A program made the translations under genes and the position numbers. Below the pieces are notes generated by a model that saw nothing but the letters and a program-made list of their open reading frames with translations, did no database searches and was not told the origin of the DNA. Shown here in pieces: positions 16,816 to 26,294 of a DNA stretch of 28,935 nucleotides (positions are counted from its first letter, which is position 1; every line of letters begins with the position of its first letter). Source of the stretch: Promethearchaeota archaeon. GTDB lineage: Archaea > Asgardarchaeota > Lokiarchaeia > Sigyniarchaeales > SOKP01. Where the stretch lies: positions 1 to 28,935 of the forward strand of contig JAFGGO010000112.1 of assembly GCA_016930515.1 (NCBI GenBank). The letters run 5' to 3'.

Positions 16816-17514
16816 TTAAAATTTAAAGATAGATCCAACACAGACTTCTTTAAAAGAGCGCGGATATTTTTCCTTAATCATCTGCCTATGTTGGGTACAA
16901 TGACAAGCTCCAATGATTTTTATTCCCTCAAGAAGTGAGAATTTTCTGAATCCGTGTAGTCCACCAAAAATTGCAATAACTTCATTCGATTCGCGAGCTG
17001 CTAAAAGAAAAGACTCCAAACCAGGATGGGTACATCCAACTAACATTACAATTTTTCTAGAATTAATTCTAAGGAATAATGCTTGTTCCTTGATTGCTCC
17101 ACCGAATTGTCCTGATGAAATCATATTTGGTTTAATTTCCATGCTATTGCCAACACCTTGCACCTGCAAGTTTGGAAAGGCTTCTTTATATCGATTACAC
17201 GCAGTTTCGGGAACAATTATTTGAAAATCGTGATTTTTCTTGCTAAGCTCGAATAAACCCCCAGCGTGATCGAAATGATCGTGTGAAATTATTACAGTAC
17301 TTATTTCCATTGGATTAATGTTCGCAATTTTCAAATTATGAAGAAGAATTTTTCCGTTTGATCCCGTATCAAAAAGAATTTGATCGCCCGTTATTTTGTC
17401 TAAAATTAGAGTGGAGAATCCAAAATCCATGACATATCCATCTTTAGCACAAATATCATCATAGACTATTTGTATTTCGAAAGATATTCCATGATCTTGC
17501 ATTTTCATCATCAA
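16816..17514 (-). CDS. MBL-fold metallo-hydrolase (COG1237-like)
   Basis: ILFDTG, ISHDHFDHAGG, GCTHPG, GGLH, CHCT. Confidence 0.9.
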   Translation of the reverse strand: MMMKMQDHGISFEIQIVYDDICAKDGYVMDFGFSTLILDKITGDQILFDTGSNGKILLHNLKIANINPMEISTVIISHDHFDHAGGLFELSKKNHDFQIIVPETACNRYKEAFPNLQVQGVGNSMEIKPNMISSGQFGGAIKEQALFLRINSRKIVMLVGCTHPGLESFLLAARESNEVIAIFGGLHGFRKFSLLEGIKIIGACHCTQHRQMIKEKYPRSFKEVCVGSIFKF

Positions 17515-17535
17515 ACTAAGTTTAAAAAGTATAGA

Positions 17536-18558
17536 TCATATTTTAAAAACAGTACCCGCGCTTGCGTCGTTTACTTTTACGAATTTATTGCTCCTTTTTT
17601 TCATTTCAAAAAGAAAGCGTTCACCGGTGCAATGGATTGGAAAAAGATAAAGGGGATTGTTATCCTCCTGAAACGAAAAAAGGTATTCCATTGTTTCTTT
17701 AAACCTCTCATCCGAGGCGGTGGCCATATGAAACCCTCCTATTACGAGATTTATGAGCTTGTCGGTTGATCCTTTAGCATAATCTAAAGTATTCATTATT
17801 CCAGAATGACAACAGCCGAGCAATACAATGGCATTATCTTCTTTTTCAATAATAATACACTTATCATCTATAATATTATCTATCTCAAGAATACCATTGT
17901 TGTTGAGGAGGAATTCTTTTGAATTTTCAAGTTCATGTACTCTTGGAATCTGACCGCTTAAAGTGATGTTAAAACTGTCAGATTTAAATATTTCCTGTTT
18001 CTTTCTGGTAAAGACAAGTTTACTTCCTGTTTGATCTATCCGATTAATGTCAATAGGAGGTTGACTAACAGCCTTTTGAGAGTCTATTAGAGGTTGGATC
18101 TCCTCTCTTTTCTTTCCATTGTAGTCCTCAAGTTGAACTTCAAAACTTCTCTTGAAAAAGCGTTCTTTTTTTGCGGATTCGTCGCAAAAAACGGGTATTT
18201 GTTTTTTAATTTTCTCTAATAATGGATAAATTACACCAGTGTGATCAAAGTGCCAATGAGATAAGGCAATACCATCAATGTTCTCAAGTTTATCGCCCCT
18301 GATATTCGTATTATAAAGGAAGGTTTGGTTGACGCTTCCAAGATCAAAACAAAAAGTAAAAAATCTCTCTATATCAGATCTAGCCTTTTCCTCTTTAGCA
18401 TTATAAACATTGATCAAGAATCCTAATCCGTGTTCTGCCAAGGATCTGGTTATAAAAGTACGGTTCACATTTATAAAATTTAATACATCTTTATCTGCAA
18501 TCTCGTTAAACGGAGATACTCGATTGTTCGATATTAATGCGATATCTGCTTTAATCAT
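17536..18558 (-). CDS. MBL-fold metallo-hydrolase (COG1237-like, longer paralogue)
   Basis: AEHGLG, FDLG, LSHWHFDHTG, GCCHSG, IGGFH, PIHCTG. Confidence 0.9.
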   Translation of the reverse strand: MIKADIALISNNRVSPFNEIADKDVLNFINVNRTFITRSLAEHGLGFLINVYNAKEEKARSDIERFFTFCFDLGSVNQTFLYNTNIRGDKLENIDGIALSHWHFDHTGVIYPLLEKIKKQIPVFCDESAKKERFFKRSFEVQLEDYNGKKREEIQPLIDSQKAVSQPPIDINRIDQTGSKLVFTRKKQEIFKSDSFNITLSGQIPRVHELENSKEFLLNNNGILEIDNIIDDKCIIIEKEDNAIVLLGCCHSGIMNTLDYAKGSTDKLINLVIGGFHMATASDERFKETMEYLFSFQEDNNPLYLFPIHCTGERFLFEMKKRSNKFVKVNDASAGTVFKI

Positions 18559-18683
18559 AAAAAATCATCACTTTTCTTTACAACATTATTTTAAAAATCA
18601 TCTCGCTTAGAACGATATCTCATTTATTATCATTGAGAGATCTGGTTAAAAGCTTGAGAAGTCTTATAGAGCCTTAACAGTAT

Positions 18684-18703
18684 TTATGAATTAATATTCA
18701 TAA
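18684..18703. promoter_or_regulatory. Perfect-consensus island palindrome
   Basis: TTATGAAT-TAAT-ATTCATAA (16/16) between the divergent MBL and dehydratase genes. Confidence 0.82.
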
Positions 18704-18870
18704 TCCTATATCGTATAGTGTTTATAGAATATAAAAAGCTTTTGAATTTCAGATAAATAGATTTAATCACTTTTAAGTTAAAATAAAAAATGCCATGTTC
18801 TTAATCGTTAATTTTTTTACAATTATTATCTTAAACAAATCAAGAAAAACATCTCTAAACGATAGAATTA

Positions 18871-19902
18871 ATGAAGATTGGAATCCTCGATTCGGGTGTG
18901 GAGACCCCCGAAGAAATAATAATGGCCGCTGAAATGACACCAGTAAGATTGCTTTCAAATCCTTTAATTGAATTATCAAAGTCCAACGAGCATGTTCCTC
19001 CAAATCACTGCATTTGGGCGCGCAATATTCTTGAACAAGCCTTGCAAGCAATTGACGATGATATAAAGGGGATCGTGGTTGCACACGGTTGTGATTGTAC
19101 CAATAGAGAATTTGACATTTGGTTGGAATGCGTTCATCTCGATTTTATGTATTTCTTAAATGCCCCTCTTAAACGCGATGAAATAGCATTGAAATTTTTT
19201 ATAGACGACATCAAAGAGATGATCTCTCAAATCGAAGAAAAGTTTGATGTTTCAATTAATTCGGAAAAGATTCGCAAAGCTATTATTCTAACGAATAAAA
19301 TCCGTCGAATATTAAAGGAAATGTCGGAATATAGGGCAAAAAGAGTTTTAAAAACATCTCAATTTCACGCCTATGTTAAAAAAGTTCAACAACAAGACAA
19401 AACGGAGATGTTAATGTTTTTAGAAAAAGAATTGGAAAGAGTTCAACACGAAAAGACTCCAAATAGCCTTCAAAAACCGATTTTATTAACAGGATCTGTC
19501 ATAGATGACACGAATTTCATCGTATATTTAGAAAATCTGGGATTTGATATCATTACAGACGATCTTTGCATAGGAACCCGATATTTTTGGAATTTAATCG
19601 ATGAAACTTGTGATCCCATCGAAGCATTAGCTAGATATCACCTTGAAAAGCCCATTTACAGCACGAAAAGTCCATCAATAGAACGATTCACTTTTTTAAA
19701 ATACCTTGCTGAAACATATAAGGTTAAAGGCGTGATAAATGTCGCTCAAAAGTTTTGCGAGCCTGTTTTATTTGACCACCCTATAATGAGCACTAAATTC
19801 AAGGAATTGGGGATTCCATACTTGTTTATAGAACTTGAATACAAACAAGAATCCTACAAGCAATTATCTACTCGATTCGAAGCGTTTGGGGAAATTTTAT
19901 AA
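18871..19902 (+). CDS. 2-hydroxyacyl-CoA dehydratase / benzoyl-CoA reductase subunit (HgdB/FldC/BcrC-like)
   Basis: PEEIIMAA, HC, HGCDC, DDLCIGTRYF, KFCEP, TRFEAFGE. Confidence 0.88.
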   Translation: MKIGILDSGVETPEEIIMAAEMTPVRLLSNPLIELSKSNEHVPPNHCIWARNILEQALQAIDDDIKGIVVAHGCDCTNREFDIWLECVHLDFMYFLNAPLKRDEIALKFFIDDIKEMISQIEEKFDVSINSEKIRKAIILTNKIRRILKEMSEYRAKRVLKTSQFHAYVKKVQQQDKTEMLMFLEKELERVQHEKTPNSLQKPILLTGSVIDDTNFIVYLENLGFDIITDDLCIGTRYFWNLIDETCDPIEALARYHLEKPIYSTKSPSIERFTFLKYLAETYKVKGVINVAQKFCEPVLFDHPIMSTKFKELGIPYLFIELEYKQESYKQLSTRFEAFGEIL

Positions 19903-19914
19903 CGGAGAGTTAAG

Positions 19915-21180
19915 ATGGTAGAAAAGAAAAACATCAAAAGCAGGACATTAAAGGCAACGAGCGGTCTCAAGCTGGAAATGGGTAGGCACTACCTTGCAAT
20001 AGAGCAAGCGATAAAAGAAGGAAAACCAACAGCATGGGCAACTTCAGGTTCTCCCGTTGAGCTCTTATACGCGATGGATGTGCAACCAATGCTTCCCGAA
20101 AATTCTGCGACGATTTCTGCGGCCAAGGGACAATCAAAAGGATTTATAGAAATCGCAGAAGATGAGGGATTTTCTTACGATTTGTGTTCTTATTTCAAGA
20201 CGAACATTGGAGTTACTTCAAGTAATACAATCGATATGAGCGTGGGCGGAATAAAAAAGCCAACCTTTATGCTTTCAAGCGATGTCATTTGCGACACGCA
20301 TGTCGACTGGTTCCAGGTTCAATCCAAAAGGTTTAATGTCCCACATTTTACGATCGATGTACCACACGTAGTCAGCAATACAAGCAATAGGCAAAAACAT
20401 TATTTTAAAAAATATGTAATCGAACAGTTATGGGATTTTATTAATTTTATGCAAGAGATCACGCATCACGAATTCGACATTAACAAGGCTCGCGAGGTTG
20501 CCGAAAACTCATTTGACTTGAGTAAAATATGGCAAGACATATTTGAGCTAAGAAAATGCGTTCCAAGTCCTTTGTCGACTAAAGACACCTTTGGAGGATT
20601 ATTTCCCTTGTTTACGATGCCTGGTTTGAAGTCACCTATCAAGTTATATAAAAAAATGTACAAGGAAGCCAAGCAAAGAGTAGATGAGGGAATCGGTGCA
20701 CTCGAAGAAGAAAATTATCGCCTGATGTTCGAAGGCATACCCTTCTGGTATAATCTGAAATTTTTCAATTTTTTGGAACAATACGGAGCAATTATCGTGT
20801 ATGAACCTTACACATATAGTTTCTCGAAATACATGGACCCAAGCATCACCAAGGACATCCTTTTAAACAGTCCCGTGGAAACAATGGCACAACTCATGTT
20901 GAGTTTCTGGTACATTTACGATTTGAAAACACGCGTTCAAAAATTCCAAGAAACTATTAAAAATTGGAAAATTGATGGTGTAATTTTACACAACAATCTT
21001 TCTTGCCGGCCGAACTCTTGTGGATTGTACGATTTGAAAAAGCACCTCATGGAAGATTCAGATGTCCCATGCCTTATCATCGATGGGGACATGAACGACC
21101 CCCGTAAGCTCAATTCCACTCAAACAATCAATAAGATTGAAAGCTTTCTCGAACTTCTTGAAAACCGAAAAAAGAATTAA
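19915..21180 (+). CDS. 2-hydroxyacyl-CoA dehydratase / benzoyl-CoA reductase subunit (HgdA/FldB/BcrB-like)
   Basis: PVELLYAMD..PENS, DLCSY, ICD, SCRP, DGDMNDPR. Confidence 0.88.
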   Translation: MVEKKNIKSRTLKATSGLKLEMGRHYLAIEQAIKEGKPTAWATSGSPVELLYAMDVQPMLPENSATISAAKGQSKGFIEIAEDEGFSYDLCSYFKTNIGVTSSNTIDMSVGGIKKPTFMLSSDVICDTHVDWFQVQSKRFNVPHFTIDVPHVVSNTSNRQKHYFKKYVIEQLWDFINFMQEITHHEFDINKAREVAENSFDLSKIWQDIFELRKCVPSPLSTKDTFGGLFPLFTMPGLKSPIKLYKKMYKEAKQRVDEGIGALEEENYRLMFEGIPFWYNLKFFNFLEQYGAIIVYEPYTYSFSKYMDPSITKDILLNSPVETMAQLMLSFWYIYDLKTRVQKFQETIKNWKIDGVILHNNLSCRPNSCGLYDLKKHLMEDSDVPCLIIDGDMNDPRKLNSTQTINKIESFLELLENRKKN

Positions 21181-21427
21181 AACCATTCTTAAATTCAAAA
21201 TCCTTTAAGATTAGAATTATTTTACTATTAAATCCAGAAAAATCATTTATAATCATAAATAGAATGTTAAACACCTAATTAAGATTAAAATAAATAGTAT
21301 AAAACATATTTATTGCGAACTTTTTTACGGGATTAACACTGATCTTTCCAAGACTTTAGGATATTTTCAAACTCAATAGGAGATCTCTTGAAAAACCTTT
21401 TGTTATTGAAGTATTTATCAAGAGAAT

Positions 21428-22300
21428 TTAATTATCGCTCTTTTTTTCATTATTCAAGATATTAATAATATTCGCCAAGGCTTCTTTCTCTTCCTTCCCT
21501 ATTCGCTTGAAATTTGGTTTTCTTTTGTTTAAAAAACCGACAACACCTTCGGTCCATTCGAGTGAAAATATACTTTCCATGAAGTATATCTTTTCTCTTT
21601 CTATGGCTTCTTCTAAATTAAGTCTCATTCCTTCGTTTATCGTCTTTTTTGCAAGAGCCGTTGAAGTGGGACATCCTTCGGCGATATTTTCGGCAATTTT
21701 AAGAGCGCATTCGAGAGCCTTGCCTTTTGGAGCAATTTCGTCAATAAAGCCCATTTCTAGCGCTTTAATCGCGTTAATTGGTTCTCCCGTAAATATAAGC
21801 TTTTTTGCTCTTCCACAACCTATTAAACGAGGGAGTCTCGTGGATCCTCCCCATCCTGGAATGAAGGAGATTCTGGTCTCCGGCATTGCAAATTTAACGT
21901 CCTCTGAAGCAATACGAATGTCGCAAGCACAACCCAATTCAATGCCTCCCCCGTATGAGAGCCCCTTATACGCAATAATGAATGGCTTTGGGGAGTTCTC
22001 AATCATTTCCAAGGTCATGTGTCCTACATCTAAGTGGTGCCATCCATTCTTCATTTTTCTCTTCGAACCGTATTTTTGTAAGAGCTCTTTCAGGTTTGCA
22101 CCAACAGTAAATATTTTTTCCAATGCAGTAGTGATAATCACCGATATCACATCTGGATCGGAGTTAGCCAGCTCGATAATCTCTTGTAACTCTAAAAAAA
22201 AAGTCTCATCAATTGAGTTCTGTGGAGGATTATCCATGTATAAGATAAGCGTTGTTTTTTTTTTCTCGATTTTAAAATTTACATAGTCTTTTCCATACAT
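21428..22300 (-). CDS. Enoyl-CoA hydratase/isomerase (crotonase) family protein
   Basis: FTVGANL, GGGIELGCACDIRIA, FAMPE, PGWGGSTRLPRLIG; both catalytic Glu present. Confidence 0.93.
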   Translation of the reverse strand: MYGKDYVNFKIEKKKTTLILYMDNPPQNSIDETFFLELQEIIELANSDPDVISVIITTALEKIFTVGANLKELLQKYGSKRKMKNGWHHLDVGHMTLEMIENSPKPFIIAYKGLSYGGGIELGCACDIRIASEDVKFAMPETRISFIPGWGGSTRLPRLIGCGRAKKLIFTGEPINAIKALEMGFIDEIAPKGKALECALKIAENIAEGCPTSTALAKKTINEGMRLNLEEAIEREKIYFMESIFSLEWTEGVVGFLNKRKPNFKRIGKEEKEALANIINILNNEKKSDN

Positions 22301-22321
22301 TTTCCATTCCTAATCTTGTCT

Positions 22322-22344
22322 TTAGATAGATTTTATCTATCTAA
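22322..22344. promoter_or_regulatory. Inverted repeat upstream of the crotonase gene (possible operator)
   Basis: TTAGATAGA-TTTTA-TCTATCTAA, 21 bp before the ATG. Confidence 0.5.
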
Positions 22345-22484
22345 TTATCCTTCCTCATTTCCTATAAAAATGGAGTTATAAGGTCGAAATCACCAGTAAT
22401 TTAAAAATCTTTCTAAAAGTGCTTTTGAGTCACTACATAATGATATTTATCATTTATCTTCAGGGATCAGAAAGCATTGATATT

Positions 22485-22895
22485 TTAGGTAAGAAATGAT
22501 AATAAAGGTATTTTAATCAAACCTTTAATTTGATCGAATTCCTTGTCCTGCGAAATTATTTGCTTATCAAGGTTTATTGCAATCCCTGCGTGGAGAGCGT
22601 TAAAAAAAGATAGTTTATAAGCTTTTTTAATAGCCATTGCGGTTAATGTACTCGCTACATCTAAAGAGGTCCATGTTAAGTTTCTTAAACTCCTTAATTC
22701 GCTAAGGTCTTTTTCGAAACCCTCGTCAACGCCATGTGCTTTATAAATAAAATGAAGTTCAACAATGGAAACGGTAGAAATATTTATCAAATCCTTACCA
22801 TGGCTTATTTTTTCCATTACTTGAGTTGCGTATTGATGGTATTCACTGTTCTTATTTAAAAAAGAAAATATCGTGCTTGTATCAATTAATGGCAT
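22485..22895 (-). CDS. vapC: VapC-family PIN-domain toxin
   Basis: LIDTS, SIVEL, LSFFNALH, ISQDKEFD; 1 bp downstream of the antitoxin. Confidence 0.88.
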   Translation of the reverse strand: MPLIDTSTIFSFLNKNSEYHQYATQVMEKISHGKDLINISTVSIVELHFIYKAHGVDEGFEKDLSELRSLRNLTWTSLDVASTLTAMAIKKAYKLSFFNALHAGIAINLDKQIISQDKEFDQIKGLIKIPLLSFLT

Positions 22896-22896
22896 T

Positions 22897-23142
22897 TTAA
22901 TACTTTTCTTTAACCTCTTTTAATGCCAATTCTATTACGACTTCCTTGTATTCATCGGAGGTTTTTTCCCAATTGTACTTACCCCGGAGAGAATCTAAGG
23001 CATCCGGGCTTATTGGGATGATAGCAATATGATCACCCGCATCGAATTCAATAACCTCCTGACCAGGCGAAATCCCATAACTCTTTCTAAATCTCTTCTT
23101 TATCACGATTTCGCCGTGTTTGCCGACTTTTACAATCGTCAC
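22897..23142 (-). CDS. AbrB/MazE/SpoVT-fold antitoxin (VapB)
   Basis: VKVGKHGEIVIKKRFRKSYGISPGQEV swapped-hairpin pattern; directly upstream of the PIN gene. Confidence 0.85.
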   Translation of the reverse strand: MTIVKVGKHGEIVIKKRFRKSYGISPGQEVIEFDAGDHIAIIPISPDALDSLRGKYNWEKTSDEYKEVVIELALKEVKEKY

Positions 23143-23153
23143 GTTATCTCATC

Positions 23154-23171
23154 AACTTGTAATTACTAGTT
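23154..23171. promoter_or_regulatory. Palindromic operator of the vapBC pair
   Basis: AACTTGTAATTACTAGTT (one mismatched pair), 11 bp upstream of the antitoxin start. Confidence 0.55.
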
Positions 23172-23284
23172 TGACTAATATATCTGATATACCAATAGCA
23201 CTTTAATAAAGAATTGAAAAGTTTAAAAGGTTCCTATTGATATCGTTATCTCTCTGCATACATAACGCTATTTTCGAGTTTATC

Positions 23285-23330
23285 AAAAAAAAAAGAAAAA
23301 GGATGGAAGTTATTAGCTTAAAAAAAAAAA
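23285..23330 (-). terminator. Oligo-T tracts after fdhA (archaeal intrinsic terminator)
   Basis: Long A-runs on + (T-runs on -) immediately after the fdhA stop. Confidence 0.5.
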
Positions 23331-23332
23331 GG

Positions 23333-25411
23333 TTAAATTTTTTGAATTTTTGCAGCGCATACTTTATATTCAGGAATCTTTGCGATTGGATCTAAAGCAG
23401 CAATTGTCAGAACATTTGCGGCCGCTTCCTTGAAGTGAAAAGGAATAAATATTAATCCCTCTTTAACTCTATGGGTGACTTTTGCCTTTAATTCTATTTC
23501 ACCTCGACGAGAGCTGACCTTGACTTTTTCTCCATCAACAATGTTTAGTTTAGTTGCATCGGGAATGGAAACTTCAACATATCCTTCGGGAACTCGAGCG
23601 TTTAATGTAGCTGACCGCCTACTCATGGTACCTGTGTGATAATGCCATAAAACTCTTCCAGTGGAAAGGATAAGAGGATACTCGTCGTCGGGTAATTCCG
23701 CGGGTTCTTTAAAGGGAACTGCGTGGAAATGCCCCTTACCCCTGCTGAAATTTCCATCTTTATGCAAAAACACCGTTCCTGGATGCGACGGATCAGGACA
23801 CGGCCATTGAAGACCCTTATCTGTTTGGTTTAGTCGATCCCACGTGATTCCACCATAAATTGGAGTAACTCTATTAATCTCGTCCATTATCTCCTTAGGA
23901 TGAGAGTATTGCAGTCCGTCGTATCCCATTGCTTTGGCGATGAGTCCAACGATTTCCCAATCGTACTTTGAATTCCCAATAGGAGGGATGACTTCTCTGA
24001 CCATTTGAATTCTCCTTTCCGTGCTGGTAAATGTTCCTGTTGTTTCCGCAAACGATGCGGCAGGTAATACAACATCCGCCAATTCGACTGTTGGAGTGGG
24101 AAAAATATCTTGAACAACTAAGAATACTTTCTTAAGAGCCTCACGCACGTGATTGATATCGGGATCGCTTACCATGGGATTTTCGCCCATTACATACAAT
24201 GCCTTTAACTGACCATCGTAAGCGGCGTTCATCATCTCAACGACTGTATATCCAATTTGATCGTCCATTTCGTTGACATCAATACCCCATTCTTTGGCCA
24301 TCTTCTCTCTCTTATCTGCTTCGACTACTTTTTGATATCCTGTAAAGACATTTGCTAGGGCACCTAAATCGCAAGCACCTTGCACGTTTTGCTGCCCCCT
24401 TAATGGATTGACGCCCGTACCCCATTTTCCCATGTTTCCGCACAACATCTGTAGGTTAGCCGTTGTTTTTACATTATCGACTCCCGTGGTGTGTTGCGTA
24501 ATACCCATAGAATAAATGAGAGATACTGCTTTTCCTTTTCCTATAATTCTAGCAGAATCAATTATTTTCTCCTTTTTGACGCCTGTAATTTCCGCGGCCT
24601 TTTCTGGAGTCATTTTCAGGACTTCTTCTTTGAACTCCTCGAAATTCTCGCAATGTTGCTCGACAAACTCTTTATCGTATAAATTTTCGTTAATAATAAC
24701 ATTCATCATACCATTCATCAAGGCAACATCAGTTCCGGGTCTTTGATTCATCTGAATTCCATCGTGATCGGTTGCCAATTCTGATAATGGTATTGTCCTT
24801 GGGTCGGCAACGATTAATTTAGCTCCTTTATGTAAAGCTTCTAAAATTCGTTTACCAATAAGGGGGTGTTGCTCGTTAGTGTTCGATCCCGTGATGTATA
24901 TCACATCGGCATCTGCTATCTCGTCTATCGAATTCGTCATTGCACCAGAGCCAAATGCGGCAGCTAATCCAGCTACTGTAGAAGCGTGGCATAACCGTGC
25001 GCAATGATCGACATTATTTGTTTTTAAAACAGCCCGAGTGAATTTTTGCAAGACATAATTTTCCTCGTTTGTGCATTTTGCCGAACTCAAGCATCCAATA
25101 ACTCTTTTATCCCCGGGGTTTTCTTTCATGATTTGTTTAAACTTATCTGCAATATAGTTGATCGCCTCGTCCCAGCTAACTTTTTCCAACACGCCATTCT
25201 TTCTTATCATTGGTTCAGTCAAACGATCTGGGTGGTGAATAAATTCGTGAAGGTTCCAACCTTTAATACATAATTTTCCTAATCCAGGGTTAAATCCATC
25301 TCTAACGGGTTTTGTATCAATAATTTTTCCGTCTTTCACTTTCAAGTACACTTGGCAACCCGTTCCACAATATACGCATGTTGTTTTTACTTTTTCCAAT
25401 TTATCAATCAC
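23333..25411 (-). CDS. fdhA: Mo/W-bis-PGD formate dehydrogenase alpha subunit (Cys-type, cytoplasmic)
   Basis: CVYCGTGC...LCIKG [4Fe-4S], DHCARLCHAST active site, PLRGQQNVQG, KIPEYKVCA; no Tat signal. Confidence 0.95.
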   Translation of the reverse strand: MIDKLEKVKTTCVYCGTGCQVYLKVKDGKIIDTKPVRDGFNPGLGKLCIKGWNLHEFIHHPDRLTEPMIRKNGVLEKVSWDEAINYIADKFKQIMKENPGDKRVIGCLSSAKCTNEENYVLQKFTRAVLKTNNVDHCARLCHASTVAGLAAAFGSGAMTNSIDEIADADVIYITGSNTNEQHPLIGKRILEALHKGAKLIVADPRTIPLSELATDHDGIQMNQRPGTDVALMNGMMNVIINENLYDKEFVEQHCENFEEFKEEVLKMTPEKAAEITGVKKEKIIDSARIIGKGKAVSLIYSMGITQHTTGVDNVKTTANLQMLCGNMGKWGTGVNPLRGQQNVQGACDLGALANVFTGYQKVVEADKREKMAKEWGIDVNEMDDQIGYTVVEMMNAAYDGQLKALYVMGENPMVSDPDINHVREALKKVFLVVQDIFPTPTVELADVVLPAASFAETTGTFTSTERRIQMVREVIPPIGNSKYDWEIVGLIAKAMGYDGLQYSHPKEIMDEINRVTPIYGGITWDRLNQTDKGLQWPCPDPSHPGTVFLHKDGNFSRGKGHFHAVPFKEPAELPDDEYPLILSTGRVLWHYHTGTMSRRSATLNARVPEGYVEVSIPDATKLNIVDGEKVKVSSRRGEIELKAKVTHRVKEGLIFIPFHFKEAAANVLTIAALDPIAKIPEYKVCAAKIQKI

Positions 25412-25415
25412 CTTT

Positions 25416-26291
25416 TTATATATTTAGCGGAGTTTTAATTTTATGAGTTTTATATCCTACATCTTCTTGAGACAATCCTAATGCTAAGCCGATAAGTTCA
25501 ATCGCGTATAACACGGGAATTTTCTCTTCTTTTAATTCAGGATAGGTTCGAGATGCAGTAATTTGGCCCATATCAAATTGAGTGAAACAAAATGGACACC
25601 CCGTGGTGAGCACTTGAGCTCCCGCTTCTTTTACATTGACAAGTTTATCTCTAATTGCCTTATTGGAAGCCTCTTTATCCCCCGCAAGTGATAGTGATAC
25701 GCCACAGCAATTTGCTTTTCCAATATAATCAATTGAGGTGGCCCCCAACGCTTCAACCAATTTATCGAAATTAATTGGATCTGTTGGATCATCGAATCCT
25801 ATGATATCTTCCGGACATAAGATGTGGCAACCTGGATGGCTCGCAATTTTTACTCCCGTTAAAGGATTAGTCACTAAATTCTTTATTTTATCCAGACCGA
25901 TATCATCCTTTAAGACCTGCAATAAGTGCTTGATTTCGATCGTCCCCTTGAATTCTTTTCCTATTTCTTTTAATACATTGTTTACAGCGGCTTTCAGTTC
26001 TGGATTGTTTTTCAGCTTGTGGTTCACGATAGCTAAACTATTCAAACAACCGTTGCACAAGGTCATTATGTTTAAGCCTTTTTCTTCGGCAATCGCTATA
26101 TTTCTCGCGGCCGTAGCTAACCAGAAATACTGATTAGCTCCCTGTAATTGAATGGGATCGGGACAACAAGAAAATGTATCGATTTCTTCTATCTCTACAC
26201 CCATTTTAGGAAGTAATTTTAGTGCTAATTCTTCAATGTTTGGTAGTTTTGCGGGTATAGTACATCCCTTGAAAAATAGATATTTCACCAT
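25416..26291 (-). CDS. hdrB: Heterodisulfide reductase subunit B (two CCG domains)
   Basis: GCTIP, SCCPDP, CNGC, HPGCH, NCCG, GCPFCFTQFD. Confidence 0.92.
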   Translation of the reverse strand: MVKYLFFKGCTIPAKLPNIEELALKLLPKMGVEIEEIDTFSCCPDPIQLQGANQYFWLATAARNIAIAEEKGLNIMTLCNGCLNSLAIVNHKLKNNPELKAAVNNVLKEIGKEFKGTIEIKHLLQVLKDDIGLDKIKNLVTNPLTGVKIASHPGCHILCPEDIIGFDDPTDPINFDKLVEALGATSIDYIGKANCCGVSLSLAGDKEASNKAIRDKLVNVKEAGAQVLTTGCPFCFTQFDMGQITASRTYPELKEEKIPVLYAIELIGLALGLSQEDVGYKTHKIKTPLNI

Positions 26292-26294
26292 TAT

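Noticed and set aside
21507-22286. 259-aa plus-strand ORF
   Set aside because: Antisense shadow of the crotonase gene; no recognisable motifs.
22485-23171. Mobile element around vapBC
   Set aside because: No transposase, integrase, terminal repeats or target-site duplication recognised.
24920-25020. Selenocysteine recoding in fdhA or other redox genes
   Set aside because: The active site reads CARLCH with a Cys codon. OsmC, Trx, HdrB and HdrC are uninterrupted, and the TGA stops I checked fall at natural protein ends.
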